The notes under the pieces: generated by a model | What the model saw: the letters and a program-made list of their open reading frames with translations, nothing else | The model's database searches: none | What the model was told of the DNA's origin: nothing | Made by a program: the position numbers and the translations under genes | Shown here: in pieces, positions 12,643-26,272 of the stretch | Numbering within the stretch: position 1 is the first letter of the stretch | How the letters are laid out: each line of letters starts with the position of its first letter | Assembly (NCBI GenBank): GCA_964016885.1 | Contig: OZ024765.1 | Location: 11,222,001-11,286,000, forward strand | Length of the DNA stretch: 64,000 nt | Direction: 5' to 3' | DNA from: Eledone cirrhosa | Taxonomy: Eukaryota

Positions 12643-12917
12643 TACTCGAGAGAAGGCTACGTTGGTATGGACACGTGATGCGCATGAAAGTCGATAGCTG
12701 TATAACAAAGTGCAGGGCAATAAAAATAGACGGTAGCCACGGAGTAGGCAGGCCCAGAAAAACCTGGGACGAGCTGATAAACTCCGACCTCACACACTTA
12801 CACCTCTCCAAGACAATGTCACTGGACCGAGACCTTTGGCGGTACTCAGTAACAGAGAAGACCCGCCTTACCTAAATACATAGTAAAACCTACTACAGCC
12901 AGTAGGCATCTCTAACA
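12643..12917 (+). pseudogene. RTE family 1 ORF C-terminus and start of 3' UTR
   Basis: ERRLRWYGHVMRM...GVGRPRKTWDELINSDL...DRDLWR motif characteristic of RTE clade LINEs. Confidence 0.85.
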
Positions 12918-12988
12918 TTTATATCAGTTATTACTTGTTGTAACCCAACAATTTTAAATAAAACTTTTGCATATATATATATATATAT

Positions 12989-13373
12989 CATCATCATTTC
13001 ATTTTACGTCCGCTTTTCCCTGCTTGCAAGGGTGGGACGGGAACTGATTCTGGCTTGATTTCTACAGCTGGATGCCCTTCCTAACACCAACCTCATTTAC
13101 AGTGAGTGCTGGGTGCTTTTTTTCCGTGGCGCCTACACGTCCACTTTACAGTGTGGGCTGGGTGCTTTTTTGCCGTGGTACCTCCACGACCACTCTACAG
13201 TGGAATGATAGGGACCCCAGTCCCTATCATCTCATTTCTACAGCTGAGTAAACTGGAGCAATGTGAAATAAAGTGTCTTGCTCAAAGAAACAACACATCA
13301 CCCGGTCTGAGAATTGAACTCACAACCTTTCGATTGCAAGGCCAATGCTCTAACCACTAAGCCATGTGCCTCC
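12989..13373 (-). mobile_element. tRNA-headed SINE family 1
   Basis: Full-length copy homologous to 3341-3674. Confidence 0.85.
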
Positions 13374-13396
13374 ACATATATATATATATGTGCCTC

Positions 13397-13450
<54 letters not shown>

Positions 13451-13453
<3 letters not shown>

Positions 13454-13750
13454 GCACATGGCTTAGTGGTTAGAGCATTGGCCTTGCAATCGAAAGGTTG
13501 TGAGTTCAATTCTCAGACCGGGTGATGTGTTGTTTCTTTGAGCAAGACACTTTATTCCACATTGCTCCAGTTTACTCAGCTGTAGAAATGGGATGATAGT
13601 GGTCGTGGAGGTGCCACGGCAAAAAAGCACCCAGCACTCACTGTAAATGAGGTTAGTGTTAGGAAGGGCATCCAGCTGTAGAAACCAAGCCAGAATCAGT
13701 TCCTGTCCCACCCTTGCAAGCAGGGGAAAGCGGACGTAAAATGAAATGAA
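13451..13750 (+). mobile_element. tRNA-headed SINE family 1
   Basis: A and B boxes, CCTTGAGCAAGACACTT-like core and RTE tail; head-to-head with the previous copy. Confidence 0.85.
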
Positions 13751-13762
13751 ATATATATATAT

Positions 13763-14035
13763 ATCATCATCATCATCACCGTTTTACGTCCGTTCTTCCA
13801 CGCTAGCATGGGTTAGACGGGTTGTCCTGTTGTGGGCAGTGTCTGGTCAGCTGACCATGCCTTGCTCATACAGGAACTGATTTGGCTTGATTTCTACAGC
13901 TGGATGCCCTTCCTAACACCAACCTCATTTACAGCGAGTGCTGGGTGCTTTTTCGTGGTGCCTACACGTCCACTTTACAGTGTGGGCTGGGTGCTTTTTT
14001 GCCGTGGCATCTCCACGACCACCTTGCAGTGGGAG
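13763..14035 (-). mobile_element. RTE family 2 3' UTR
   Basis: Homologous to 63494-63765. Confidence 0.8.
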
Positions 14036-14141
14036 GGTGTGTATTGTCTATAAAAAAAAAAATATATATATATATATATTGTTTCTGAATTTGTTTAGCA
14101 AGCTTCTTTATCTGAAAAAGTCTGTTGAAACCGATATTCCG

Positions 14142-14530
14142 ATATTGTTATGCTTTGGGAGGGTCATGTTGCCAATAAGAAACACACGCACCAGTTGTTT
14201 CACTTCAATTTATTATAAATTAAATTTATAAATTTAAGAATTTATAAATTTCCGCAAACTAAGTACACAACACACACAAAAACAAGATGGCGTTGGACAG
14301 AACAAAGGAGAGGCACAAAAACTAAGAAAAGAATCCCCAGTCACTGAAGAGGTCACAGAATGTGTGACGAAAGAACTTTGACAATATATGAACATTCGTC
14401 TGGTTGTGGAACCAACCAACCAACCAGAAATTTATAAATTCTTAAATTTATAAATTTAATTTATAATAAATTGAAGTGAAAGCAACTGGTGCGTGTGTTT
14501 CTTATTGGCAACATGACCCTCCCAAAGCAT

Positions 14531-14538
<8 letters not shown>
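14142..14538 (+). mobile_element. Family D fold-back element; hammerhead in the spacer (core 14344-14350)
   Basis: Arms of about 110 bp (14142-14252, 14427-14538); GTCA/CTGAAGA-G/GTCACA GAATG TGTGAC/GAAA/GAACTT/TGAC. Confidence 0.75.
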
Positions 14539-14577
<39 letters not shown>

Positions 14578-14777
14578 TGTATATATATATATATATATCT
14601 GTGTGTAAATATATCTGTATTTACATATAATTATATATGTATATACATGTATATATATATATATATGTATATAGATATATATGCCTCCGTCCAAACCCAT
14701 GCAAGCGTGGAACATGGACGTTAAACGATGATGATGATATGTAAATATATTTGTGTGTGTGTTTATATATATATATA

Positions 14778-14972
14778 TAACGAAGGAAATGTGGTAAGGA
14801 ACCAGATGGACCATAACACACCAAAGTACTCAATACTTAAGGTAGTAGAGTGGGTAATAGGAACGAGTGTGACCCCGACGGTAGAGCTCAAGCCGTTTCG
14901 CCAGCTAATTCTGTCCAGAATTAGCCGTCGAAACGGCTTGAGCTCTGCCGTCGGGGTCATACTCGTTCCTAT
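14778..14972. mobile_element. Family G fold-back element
   Basis: Palindrome 14857-14972 plus the same tail as 936-1013. Confidence 0.65.
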
Positions 14973-14992
14973 ATATATATATATATATATAT

Positions 14993-15260
14993 TTGTGTGT
15001 AAAAGGTAAACAGAAATAACAACATAATCGCTACAGTATATGGAAGGAATATATTAGGTTAACGCTTGAAATAGCAGGAAGAGGGTTGACGTTTCGGATG
15101 CTAGTCCTTCATCAGAAGAAAGAATGAGAAATAAGATAGATTCAAGGGACGGGTGGGGTGGAATTGGGAAAAATTTCTTTAGATATAAACAACAGGTCCT
15201 TTCATGTTGCCATCTCTTGGAAAACTGTCGATGCTGGTGTTTTGTGTCTGATATACTGCA
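14993..15260 (-). mobile_element. Family E PLE-like element with hammerhead (core 15115-15109)
   Basis: Minus strand CTGATGA-A/GGA CTAGCA TCC/GAAACGTC, with a canonical GUC site but weak stem I; homolog at 59775-60040. Confidence 0.65.
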
Positions 15261-15267
15261 TATATAT

Positions 15268-15689
15268 ATATTTTTTTCTAATATGTAGGTGTATATATAA
15301 CTGTATATATATATATTTTTTTTTTCTAATATGTAGGTGTATATATAACTGTATATATATATTTTTTTTTCTAATATGTAGGTGTATATATAACTGTATA
15401 TATATATTTTTTTTTTTTCTAATATGTAGGTGTATATATAACTGTATATATATATATTTTTTTACTAATATGTAGGTGTATATATAACTATATATATATC
15501 TTTCTAATATGTAGGTGTATATATAACTGTATATATATATCTTTCCAATATGTAGGTGTATATATAACTGCATATATATATATTTTTTTCTAATATGTAG
15601 GTGTATATATAACTGTATATATATCTATATCTTTCTAATATGTAGGTGTATATATAACTGTATATATATCTTTCCAATATATAACTGTA

Positions 15690-15732
<43 letters not shown>

Positions 15733-15778
15733 CTGTGTATATATATCTTTCTAATATGTAGGTGTATATATCTTTCCA
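15268..15778. repeat. Minisatellite, about 36-45-bp unit TTTCTAATATGTAGGTGTATATATAACTG(TA)n
   Basis: About 11 tandem units visible. Confidence 0.9.
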
Positions 15779-16129
15779 AGGATCATTTAATTAACCACTA
15801 ATGAATTCATAAGACCAGACAGAGCATATTTAATACAGACAGTACAATACAATAGATTATAATACATGCAGTTGATATTACATTCAGTAGACCGACTGAG
15901 GAATAAACAGCCATATTGTTTTACAGCAGAAGACACTTCTACATACTGATACACACATACACAGGCACACACACACACATATATATATATATATAATATA
16001 TACATACACCCTCACATACATATACACACATGTGTATATATATATATATACATATATATACATACACACACATATGTGTATATATATATATACATATATA
16101 TACATACACCCTCACATACATACACACAC

Positions 16130-16174
<45 letters not shown>

Positions 16175-16205
16175 TATACATACACCCTCACATACATATA
16201 CACAC

Positions 16206-16257
<52 letters not shown>

Positions 16258-16259
<2 letters not shown>

Positions 16260-16520
16260 GATATTAACAAATGCTCCCTTCCAACAGTAATGGTTGCATT
16301 TTTTAAGGGTATGTCAATATTCATTTATAAAACTGATCTATATTATATTTTATCTGATGAAAGCACACCATAATTTAACTTGGTGTCCTTGAAATATGTA
16401 TAATGAAATAAATATGGTTTTATAAATATAGTTTCCATTTGTTAATATCGTATTTTTACTCCAAATATTTGTTGAGTGCTTTATATCAGTTATAAAAATA
16501 TTTGCTTGTTGTATCCCAAC
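16258..16520 (+). mobile_element. Family B element with hammerhead (core 16354-16360) and a short inverted 5' stub
   Basis: Near-identical to 4478-4722; begins with ACGATATTAACAAATG, the reverse complement of its own 16435-16450. Confidence 0.8.
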
Positions 16521-16659
16521 AATCCCACATACGTATATATATATATATATATATATACACCGCCATATATATACACACACACATCCCCACACATAATATA
16601 TACATTCATATATATACATATATATCCACATACACCTCATACACACACACACATATATA

Positions 16660-16742
16660 TATATATAATTACTTCATAACCAAATATATATATATATATA
16701 TATAACACACATATATATATATATATATAATTACTCTATTAC

Positions 16743-16792
<50 letters not shown>

Positions 16793-16832
16793 TATAAATA
16801 ACACACATATATATATATAATTACTCTATTAC

Positions 16833-16878
<46 letters not shown>

Positions 16879-16918
16879 TATAAATAACACACATATATAT
16901 ATATAATTACTCTATTAC

Positions 16919-16964
<46 letters not shown>

Positions 16965-17004
16965 TATAAATAACACACATATATATATATAATTACTCTA
17001 TTAC

Positions 17005-17062
<58 letters not shown>

Positions 17063-17175
17063 AATAACACACATATATATATATAATTACTCTATTACCA
17101 AATATATATATATATATATATATACATAACACACATATATATATATAATTACTCTATTACCAAATATATATATAT
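16660..17175. repeat. Minisatellite with an ATAATTACTCTATTACCAAA core and variable (TA)n
   Basis: About 7 units visible. Confidence 0.9.
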
Positions 17176-17261
17176 ATACACACACATACATATACACACA
17201 CCTCCTTGCTAGAAGGAAAAAATGGACATTAAATGATGATAATTATAAAGACGATAATATA

Positions 17262-17570
17262 TCATCATCATCACCACTGTCACCACCACCACCACCACCA
17301 CCACCACCACCACCAACACCACCACCACCACCACCACTACACCACCACCACCACCACCACCACCACCACCACAACACCACCACCACCACCACCGTCACCA
17401 CCACCACCCTACCACCACCACCACCACCACCACTACACCACCACCACCACCACCACTACACCACCACCACCACCACCACCACCACCACCACCACCACCCT
17501 ACCACCACCACCACCACCACCACCACCACCACCACCACCAACACCACCAACACCACCACCACCACCACCA
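17262..17570. repeat. (CAC)n simple repeat
   Basis: Direct observation. Confidence 0.9.
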
Positions 17571-17708
17571 TTCCAGTCCATGCATCTATGGGCTTGATAT
17601 TTTGTCACGTTCTGAAACTGGACAGGTCACAGGTCTGTCTCTTATTCAGATACTCCCTTCTGGCATTGCCTCTATGACTGGATGCCCTTCTTAAATATAT
17701 ATATATAC

Positions 17709-17751
<43 letters not shown>

Positions 17752-17776
17752 CATATACATGTATGAATGTGTGTGC

Positions 17777-17826
<50 letters not shown>

Positions 17827-18104
17827 TCTTCCTTTTATGTTCAATTTTCATGCTTGTATGGGTATGTATATACACACACACATATATATATATATACACA
17901 TGTAGATATATGCACATATACACTCATAAAAAATATATTCACACAAAGGTTAGAGTGTCGCTGACTTATTCTGTCTATGTCACAATCAATTACATTACAT
18001 TGGCTTATCTCCTGATCATATCCTATCATACGATATCATATGATACAACAGCTTGCTTATTGCTTTATCTCACGACAGATATCTCACAATTGATGGACAA
18101 ATAT

Positions 18105-18710
18105 CATGCTAATTTTTCAAGCTACTTGCTGAACCAAGTTTTGAACGACAAGGTAGAAATTAAGACTAATTATTATGCTAATTTTTTAACCCTTTAGCAT
18201 TCACATTACTCTATATATACTATTATATTTTATGGTAAAGACTTTATCTCTCATAATTATCTCACATATCGAATCTATGAGATTTTGAAAGTATTTATTT
18301 TGAGAACAATACCTTAACATCAGTTTGAGCGACCAGTTACAGCCAGCTTCAACAGAAAGAGGTAGAGAATTCTGGCCGGTTTGAACATTAAAGGGTTAAG
18401 CTACTTCCTGAACTAAATTTTGTATCATGAGGCAGCACTTAAGACACATTATCACAATAACTTTTGAAACTCCTTGCTGAATCAAGTTTTAAACCATGAG
18501 GCAGAAGTTAAGACCAACTCTTATACAATTTTATCAAACTTCCTTGCTGAACCAAGTTTTGAACCATGAGACAAGGGTTAAGACCAAGTATTATGTTAAT
18601 TTTTTAAGCTACTTGCTGAATCAAGGTTTAAACCATGAGGCAGAAATGGAGATCAACTATCAAACTAATCTTTCAAACTCCTTGCTGAACCAAGTTTTGA
18701 GCCATGAAGC
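18105..18710. repeat. Diverged tandem repeat of about 67 bp (CTTGCTGAACCAAGTTTTGAACCATGAG core)
   Basis: Six units, interrupted by a MITE. Confidence 0.8.
18190..18395. mobile_element. piggyBac-type MITE (TTAA target duplication, CCCTTTA termini)
   Basis: TTAA|CCCTTTA...TAAAGGG|TTAA; a neighbouring repeat unit shows the empty site TTTTTTAAGCTACTT. Copies at 43551-43766 and 51062-51491. Confidence 0.8.
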
Positions 18711-18987
18711 AACTTTTTTTTTTCAAGAACAAATACTTGATTTATTGAACAAAAGTTGTACAATGATAGAAATATTAAAAACAGATAAAACAAAATTAAG
18801 TAATTAAAAAAAACAAGAGAAAGAGGTAAAGAAGGCCAGATCTGGCTGTATAGGAAAGGACTATAAATGCTATAAGTGTTTTTTTTATTTAGGCACAAGG
18901 CCAGCAATTTTGGGGGAATAGGAAGTTGATTACATTGACCTGAGTATGTAACTGTTATTTTTTTTTGGAATTATTATTATTATTATT

Positions 18988-19180
18988 AGTGGATTGGTAG
19001 TATCTGTAGAGGGTCGGACGCCATGCTTTGCAGCATAGAGTTACGTCCCTTTATGGTCTGAGTTCAAATCCCGTCGAGGTTAACTTTGCCTTTCATCCTT
19101 ACGGGGTCGATAAAATAAAGTACCAGTAATGCACTGGGATAATTGCTGGCCTTGTGCCAAAAGTAGAAACAATTATTATT
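18988..19180 (+). mobile_element. SINE family 2
   Basis: Homologous to 63301-63490. Confidence 0.8.
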
Positions 19181-19900
19181 ATTATTAGCCAGGTTCAGTA
19201 AAGCTAGGAGAGAGAGGTGTGTGTAGAGCAGATAGACAAATAGTAGCTGTCTGTCCTAAGTCTCACAGAGAAGAAAAGGAGGGGAAGTCAAAGACTATTA
19301 GGCAATGGAAGAAATGCAGTGAGAAAGGGAGGTGACAGACTCTACACCAAGGTCAGAGCTGTGTTTCGGCTGTGCCACAGGAACAAAATTACAAAGGCAT
19401 TTCCATAGACAACAATGATGATGATGATGATAATTTGTAAATATTTTTATTCAAATAAACTAAAAAACAAAAAAAGAAAAGCAAAAATCAAACGAACAAC
19501 CCCCCCCCTCCCAATAATAATAATAATTGTCTCACTCTTTCTTGCACCAAAATAGATTACATTACCTCTCCTACTAAAGAAAACACAAAAATCAACAAGG
19601 ATAACTTCAGTGACTTCCCAAAAGAACAAACAAAAACAGAAAACAAACAAAATTCTTCTCCCAAAATGTATTGTGAAAATATGTTACGGTCAGTCAAAGG
19701 GAAGAAGAAGAAAGCGAAAAATAAACAACAACAAACCAAAATGGATGCTAGAAGTGTGTGATAAATCATTTAAACAGCAAATGTCTGGTTTTTTTTCTCT
19801 AATATCTTTGTGATATAATATTATCGTATAAAAAAATTGATTGAAACTTGTCGCATTTTATGAGATATTATTAATATTAATCTGCCATAATAATAACAAC

Positions 19901-19929
<29 letters not shown>

Positions 19930-19931
<2 letters not shown>

Positions 19932-20118
19932 GTTTCTTAAATAGGCCCAAGGCCAGCAATTTTGGGGATGGGGAAAGACGATTAAATCGACGCCGGTGTA
20001 TTACTGCTACTTTATTTTATCGACCCCGTAAGGATAAAAGCAAAGTTAACCTCAGCGGGATTTGAACTCAGATTATAAAGGTCCGTAATTCTATGCCGCA
20101 AAGCATGGCGTCCAACCC
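19930..20118 (-). mobile_element. SINE family 2 (diverged)
   Basis: Reverse complement of the core and B box, with an (AAT)n tail on the left. Confidence 0.7.
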
Positions 20119-20140
20119 TGTCTCTTTGTATATATGTGCA

Positions 20141-20218
<78 letters not shown>

Positions 20219-20594
20219 TATATATATATATCATTATTTGATATAAAACTCACACATATATACACACACACATATATATACACACATATACATATGCACA
20301 CACACGCATATATATATTTTAAAGAGTTACAGATATATATATATATATAAATATTCATACGTACACATATATACATACATATATATCTACACACACACGT
20401 ACGAATGAATGTATGTTTGAATATTTATTTATTTATTTATATCTCCATCTGGAACACTTAAATATTTACACACAGAATTTATTTCCCATCTCAGCCATGT
20501 TGCTACAAACATCAACTCCAGTAATAAGCAATATATATATATATCATCATCATCATCATCATCATTTTACGTCCGCTTTTCCCTGCTTGCAAGG

Positions 20595-21286
20595 ATATAT
20601 ATGCAATATATATATATATATATATATATGCAATATATATATATATATATATATATTGCATATATATATATATATATTGCATATATATATATATATATGC
20701 AAATATGCAATATATATATATATATATATATATTGCATATATATATATATATATTGCATATATATATATATATATATGCAATATATATATATATATATGC
20801 AATATATATATATATATTGCATATATATATATATATATGCAATATATATATATATATTGCATATATATATATATATATGCAATATATATATATATATATA
20901 TGCAATATATATATATATATATATACAATATATATATATATATATGCAATATATATATATATATATGCAATATATATATATATATATATATGCAATATAT
21001 ATATATATGCAATATATATATATATATGCAATATATATATATATATATATGCAATATATATATATATATATATATATATGCAATATATATATATATATAT
21101 ATATGCAAATATATATATATATATATATATGCAAATATATATATATATATATATATATATGCAATATATATATATATATGCAATATATATATATATATAC
21201 AATATATATATATATATACAATATATATATATATATACAATATATATATATATATATACAATATATATATATGCAATACATTTATG

Positions 21287-21323
<37 letters not shown>

Positions 21324-21390
21324 ATATATATATATGCAATATATATATATATATATATATATGCAATATATATATATATATGCAATATAT
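20595..21390. repeat. (TA)n tract punctuated by TGCAA/TTGCA
   Basis: Direct observation. Confidence 0.9.
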
Positions 21391-21710
21391 GTAGATGAAT
21401 CTACCAAAATATACGGTAGTGTCCAATCCGTATGAAGAACTCAATGTAATCCGAATATCATGAAAAGAGAAGATGTATTCAAAAATTTTTTTACGATGAA
21501 AAATACAGGAAAACAGAGTCAAGATAAATTAATAAAAATAATGAATAAACAAAGAAACAGTTCCTTATATTAAAAAATTCATCATTTTACGATCGTTTCT
21601 AGGATATATATGTTTGTGTTGGAATGTATATCATATAGATCTATGTAAAATTTTTATTTCTGAAGACAGCATATATATGTGTAGGTATGTATATTCCCTC
21701 TGATAGTTTA
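21390..21710 (-). mobile_element. Family H element
   Basis: Homologous to 10698-10800, 53069-53380 and 57100-57647; contains GAAACGATCGT on the minus strand. Confidence 0.65.
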
Positions 21711-21716
21711 TATATG

Positions 21717-21753
<37 letters not shown>

Positions 21754-21920
21754 ATATATATATATATATATGCAATATATACATGGAAAGTTATATTTAA
21801 ATTGTTGGGTTACAACTAGTAAATATTTATATATATGCAATATATATATATATATGCAATATATATATATATATGCAATATATTTATGCAATATATATAT
21901 ATATATTGCATTTGTTTTAT

Positions 21921-22076
21921 AAAGAAGAAGAAGAAGAAGAAGAAGGCGGCGGCAAAGAAGAAGGCAAAGAAGAAGAAGAAAAAGAAGAAAAAGAAAAAGA
22001 AGAAAAAGAAGAAGAAGAAGAAGAAGAAGAAGAAGAAGAAGAAGAAGAAGAAGAAGAAGAAGAAGAAGAAGAAGAA
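21921..22076. repeat. (GAA)n tract
   Basis: Direct observation; abuts the 3' end of a SINE family 2 fragment at 22077-22195. Confidence 0.9.
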
Positions 22077-22199
22077 TGGTTTCTACTTTTGGCACAAGGC
22101 CAGCAAATAACCCAGTACATTACTGGTACGTTACTTTATCGACCCCGTAAGGATGAAAGGCAAAGCGAGCTTCGGCAGGATTTGAACTCAGATCATTAA

Positions 22200-23383
22200 A
22201 TGCAGCTGTTTGAGGAACTGGATATTGAGACAGGACCCTTTGCCAGAAAGGAGCTTCAGAGAACCAAGAAGAAGATCAAGGAGGGCAAGGCCCATGGAGA
22301 AGATGCAGTGACATCAGAGGTGATGAAGAGGTGTGATTTTGATGACATCATCCTGGAGCTCTGTAACCAGGCACTGGAGAAAGGGGAGTTGCCCCCAATC
22401 AGTGGAGGATCAGTAACATCGTCCCAGTGCCAAAGAAGGGAGATCTCTCCAACACTAACAACCACAGGAGGATCTCACTGACGTCACATGTGGCAAAGAC
22501 CCTCAACAGGATGATTCTTGATAGGATCTAGCCCGAGATGGAGAAGCTCAGAGACAACCAGAATGGCTTCAGAGAGAGAAGATCAACCACCAATCACATC
22601 CTGATGCTGAGGAGAATTTTAAGGCCTTTGATTCTGTTGGCTGTCACTGCCTGATGAAGATCTTACTGGCTTATGGAATCCCCAAGAAGATAGTGGCCCT
22701 GATATCACTACTCTACACTTACACCAGAGCCCAAGTCATTACACCTGAGAAGCCAGATAAGATTATGAATGTGTGTGGGAAGCCGCTACAGTTGGTTGAG
22801 GACTTCCTGTATCTGGGAGCAAAGATTAGGAAGATGTGGTTGAGAGGAAGAGCAAAGCCTGGGCGGTGTGCCACAGTTTGAGATTGGTGTAGGAGTCGGA
22901 CCTTCGTAAAGACCTGACGATCTGTTTCTTCATTGCTACAGTGGAGTCTGTGCTACTGTACAGGTCTGAGACTCGGACACTGACCAAGAGACTCAGTCAG
23001 ATGGTGGATGGGTGCAACACGAGAATGTTGAGGATGGCTCTAAATATTAATCAGTATACACTGAGGATGAAGAACGGAGAGCTGTACGGGTGGGTGGGGG
23101 GGGGGGGGGGTGGAGGGCTCCCGAAAGTCAGCTCGAAAGTGACACAGAGTAGACGGAGGTTAGCTGGACATGCTCACCGATATTCGGAGTTGACACTGCA
23201 ATCAGTGCTCCTGTGGGAGCCCCTACATGGACACACTGGAAGAAGGAGACCGAGTTTGACCTTTATTGATGCCCTAAGGTCAGACACTGGTCTCTGGGAG
23301 ATGCAGGACATGGCAGCGATGATGAAGGTCAGAAACCGCTGGAGAGAACTCGTCCATGGATCTCGGAATTTTACCCACCCTAG
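22200..23383 (+). pseudogene. Degenerate RTE-clade LINE reverse transcriptase (frameshifts, stops, internal deletion)
   Basis: Motifs GKAHGED, IVPVPKKGDLS..N.R.ISLTS..AK, NQNGFR..RST, KAFDSV, LLAYGIP, VEDFLYLG, VESVLLY.SET, RLAGH. The QG and YADD region is missing. Confidence 0.9.
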
Positions 23384-23390
23384 ATATATA

Positions 23391-23604
23391 CAGGGTGGGC
23401 CATAAGTCATGCACCAAAGCATTAAAAACAATTTAGTATACATGGAGATTGTATTGTATTAATAACAAAAATTATATTGAAATAACAAAAGAATGATTTA
23501 TATCATCCTATCATGTAAAGATATTAAGGAACTGATTGAGTCCAATGGTTGACATTTTGGCACGACAGCTCATGCTGTTAGTGCATGCCTTAAGGCCCAC
23601 CTTG
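23391..23604. mobile_element. Tc1/mariner-type MITE
   Basis: TA|CAGGGTGGGCCATAAGTCATGCAC...GTGCATGCCTTAAGGCCCACCTTG; 24-bp TIR with 3 mismatches. Confidence 0.7.
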
Positions 23605-24185
23605 TTTATATATATAATATATATACATATATATATACGTACATACATACATATATATATATATATATACGTACATACATACATATATATATATACGTAT
23701 ATGCACACATATATATATATACGTATATACATACATATATATATATACGTACATACATACATATATATATATATACGTACATACATACATATATATATAT
23801 ACATACATACATATATATATATACATACATACATATATATATATACGTACATACATACATATATATATATATACGTACATACATACATATATATATACTT
23901 ACATACATATATATATATACATACATACATATATATATATACGTACATACATACATATATATATATATACGTACATACATACATATATATATATACTTAC
24001 ATACATATATATATATACATACATACATATATATATATACGTACATACATACATATATATACGTACATACATATATATATATATATATATACGTACATAC
24101 ATACTATATATATGTACATATATATATATATATATATATTTAATATATATAATATTATATATATATATATATTATATATATAATA

Positions 24186-24358
24186 TTATTCAAAATATTA
24201 ATAAATGAGAAATATAATCATAACCAAAGTATATATTTTATTATACATATTTCAAAGGTACAATGGTGTTTAAGTATGTTTTCATCAGATAAAATATATA
24301 AAAGATTGGATATACAACATACCGCTAAGATCATGAATCTTTAATTCCTGTAGTGGCA
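24186..24358 (-). mobile_element. B-related element with hammerhead (core 24288-24282)
   Basis: Minus strand TATATATTTTAT/CTGATGA/stem II/GAAA/TATGTATA/ATAAAATATATA, with a 12-bp stem I. Confidence 0.7.
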
Positions 24359-24377
24359 GTATATATATATATATATA

Positions 24378-24592
24378 TATAGGAAATTGTTCAAGACCCC
24401 AACGGCAGAGGTCAAGCCGTTTCGACGGCTAGCTCTGGACTCCAGAATCCAGAAATGAGTCCAGAAATAGCCGTCAAAACAGCCATCGTCGGGGTCTTGA
24501 ACAATTTCCTATTACCCACTCTACTACCCTAAGTATTGAGTACTCTGGTGCATTATAGTCCACCTGGTTCCTTACCACACTTCCTTCGTTAT
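24378..24592. mobile_element. Family G fold-back element
   Basis: Inverted arms 24378-24511, rearranged centre and tail to 24592. Confidence 0.65.
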
Positions 24593-24595
24593 ATC

Positions 24596-25237
24596 ACCGC
24601 CCCTTTCAATGTAAAGTTATGTTGGTGCCACAAAATCCAGGCTGAAACAAATGAGATCGTGTAGGTGTCATGAAAAAAAAACACACAGTCCACGCTGTAA
24701 TGTGACCGTGTAGGCAACACGGTAAAAACGTCCCAGTCCCACACTGTAAATGTGGTTGGTGTTAGGAAGGGCATCCAGCTGTAGAAAACCTGCCAGACAG
24801 TCCACGCTGTAATGTGGCCGTGTAGGCAACACGGTAAAAACGTCCCAGTCCCACACTGTAAATGTGGTTGGTGTTAGGAAGGGCATCCAGCTGTAGAAAA
24901 CCTGCCAGACAGTCCACGCTGTAATGTGGCCGTGTAGGCAACACGGTAAAAACGTCCCAGTCCCACACTGTAAATGTGGTTGGTGTTAGGAAGGGCATCC
25001 AGCTGTAGAAAACCTGCCAGACAGTCCACGCTGTAATGTGGCCGTGTAGGCAACACGGTAAAAACCTCCCAGCCCCACACTGTAAATGTGGTTGGTGTTA
25101 GGAAGGGCATCCAGCTGTAGAAAACCCGCCAGACAGTCCTATGCGAGCAAGACAACCACTCTTGCCTCAAGTGGGAAAACTCCCGTCCAAACCCATGCAA
25201 GCGTGGAACACGGACGTTAAATGATGATGATGATGAT
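24596..25237 (+). mobile_element. RTE family 1 3' UTR with four tandem 112-bp internal repeats
   Basis: Units start at 24686, 24798, 24910 and 25022; ends in (GAT)n. Confidence 0.85.
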
Positions 25238-25268
25238 GAACGAAGGAAGTGTGATAAGGAACCAGGTG

Positions 25269-25315
<47 letters not shown>

Positions 25316-26211
25316 CAGACATATACATACAAACACATACATACACACACACATACATACATACATATATATATATTCAAAGATTGAAAGCTATTTTCAT
25401 TTCAAAATATTTCATCACATAATTTAAAGCTATATCTTTACGCACCATTGATTAATCAGTCATTCATCCAGCGATAAACACACCTGACACTACACCCCCC
25501 CATCTTCTACACACCACCACCTTCCACACATGCAAGGATAACCAATATTTACACCATTAAAATATACAACAATATATCTACTTTAAAGCTAATTATAATA
25601 ATACAAAAATCAATTATATAATGATTCTCTATAAAATGTAACATTTAAATGTTTTACTTTCAACCATATCTGTTAAAGCTCTGATAGGGAGGGGAAACAA
25701 CTGAAAAACATCAGCTGTGATATGATATTGTACCTTCAGCTAATAACAAATATATAGGTGTGTGCATGTGTGCATGTATATGTATAAATATATATATATA
25801 TATAAGTATATATGTGTATATATATATAAGTATATATGTGTATATATATATAAGTATATATGTGTGTATATATATATATAAGTAAATATTTATAAGTCGT
25901 TTGGAAGCTTCGACAATGCAAATGGGTAAATCTCCGGGTAACAAGGTCCGGTGGTGGAGAGAGAGATATGTAAGTGGGTGTACGTTGAGATGCGTGGTGT
26001 GTATAAGATGTGTGAGATGTGTAGAATGAAGGGAAGAGTAAATGAATAAAAATAATAATAACTTATAATAATAACGACTTATAAATATTTACTTATTGTT
26101 CCACAATGCTTCAAGCAAGCTTCAATACTCTCATATATATATAAGTATATATGTGTGTATATATATATATATATATAAGTATATATATAAGTATATATGT
26201 GTATATATATA

Positions 26212-26245
<34 letters not shown>

Positions 26246-26272
26246 TATATATATAAGTATATATGTGTATAT

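Noticed and set aside
13451-13525. tRNA-Cys-like gene (TTGCAAT loop)
   Set aside because: Cloverleaf stems are incomplete and it continues into a SINE body present in many copies.
15268-17175. Repeat-spacer patterns resembling CRISPR
   Set aside because: Spacers are only variable (TA)n, the context is eukaryotic, and there are no cas genes.
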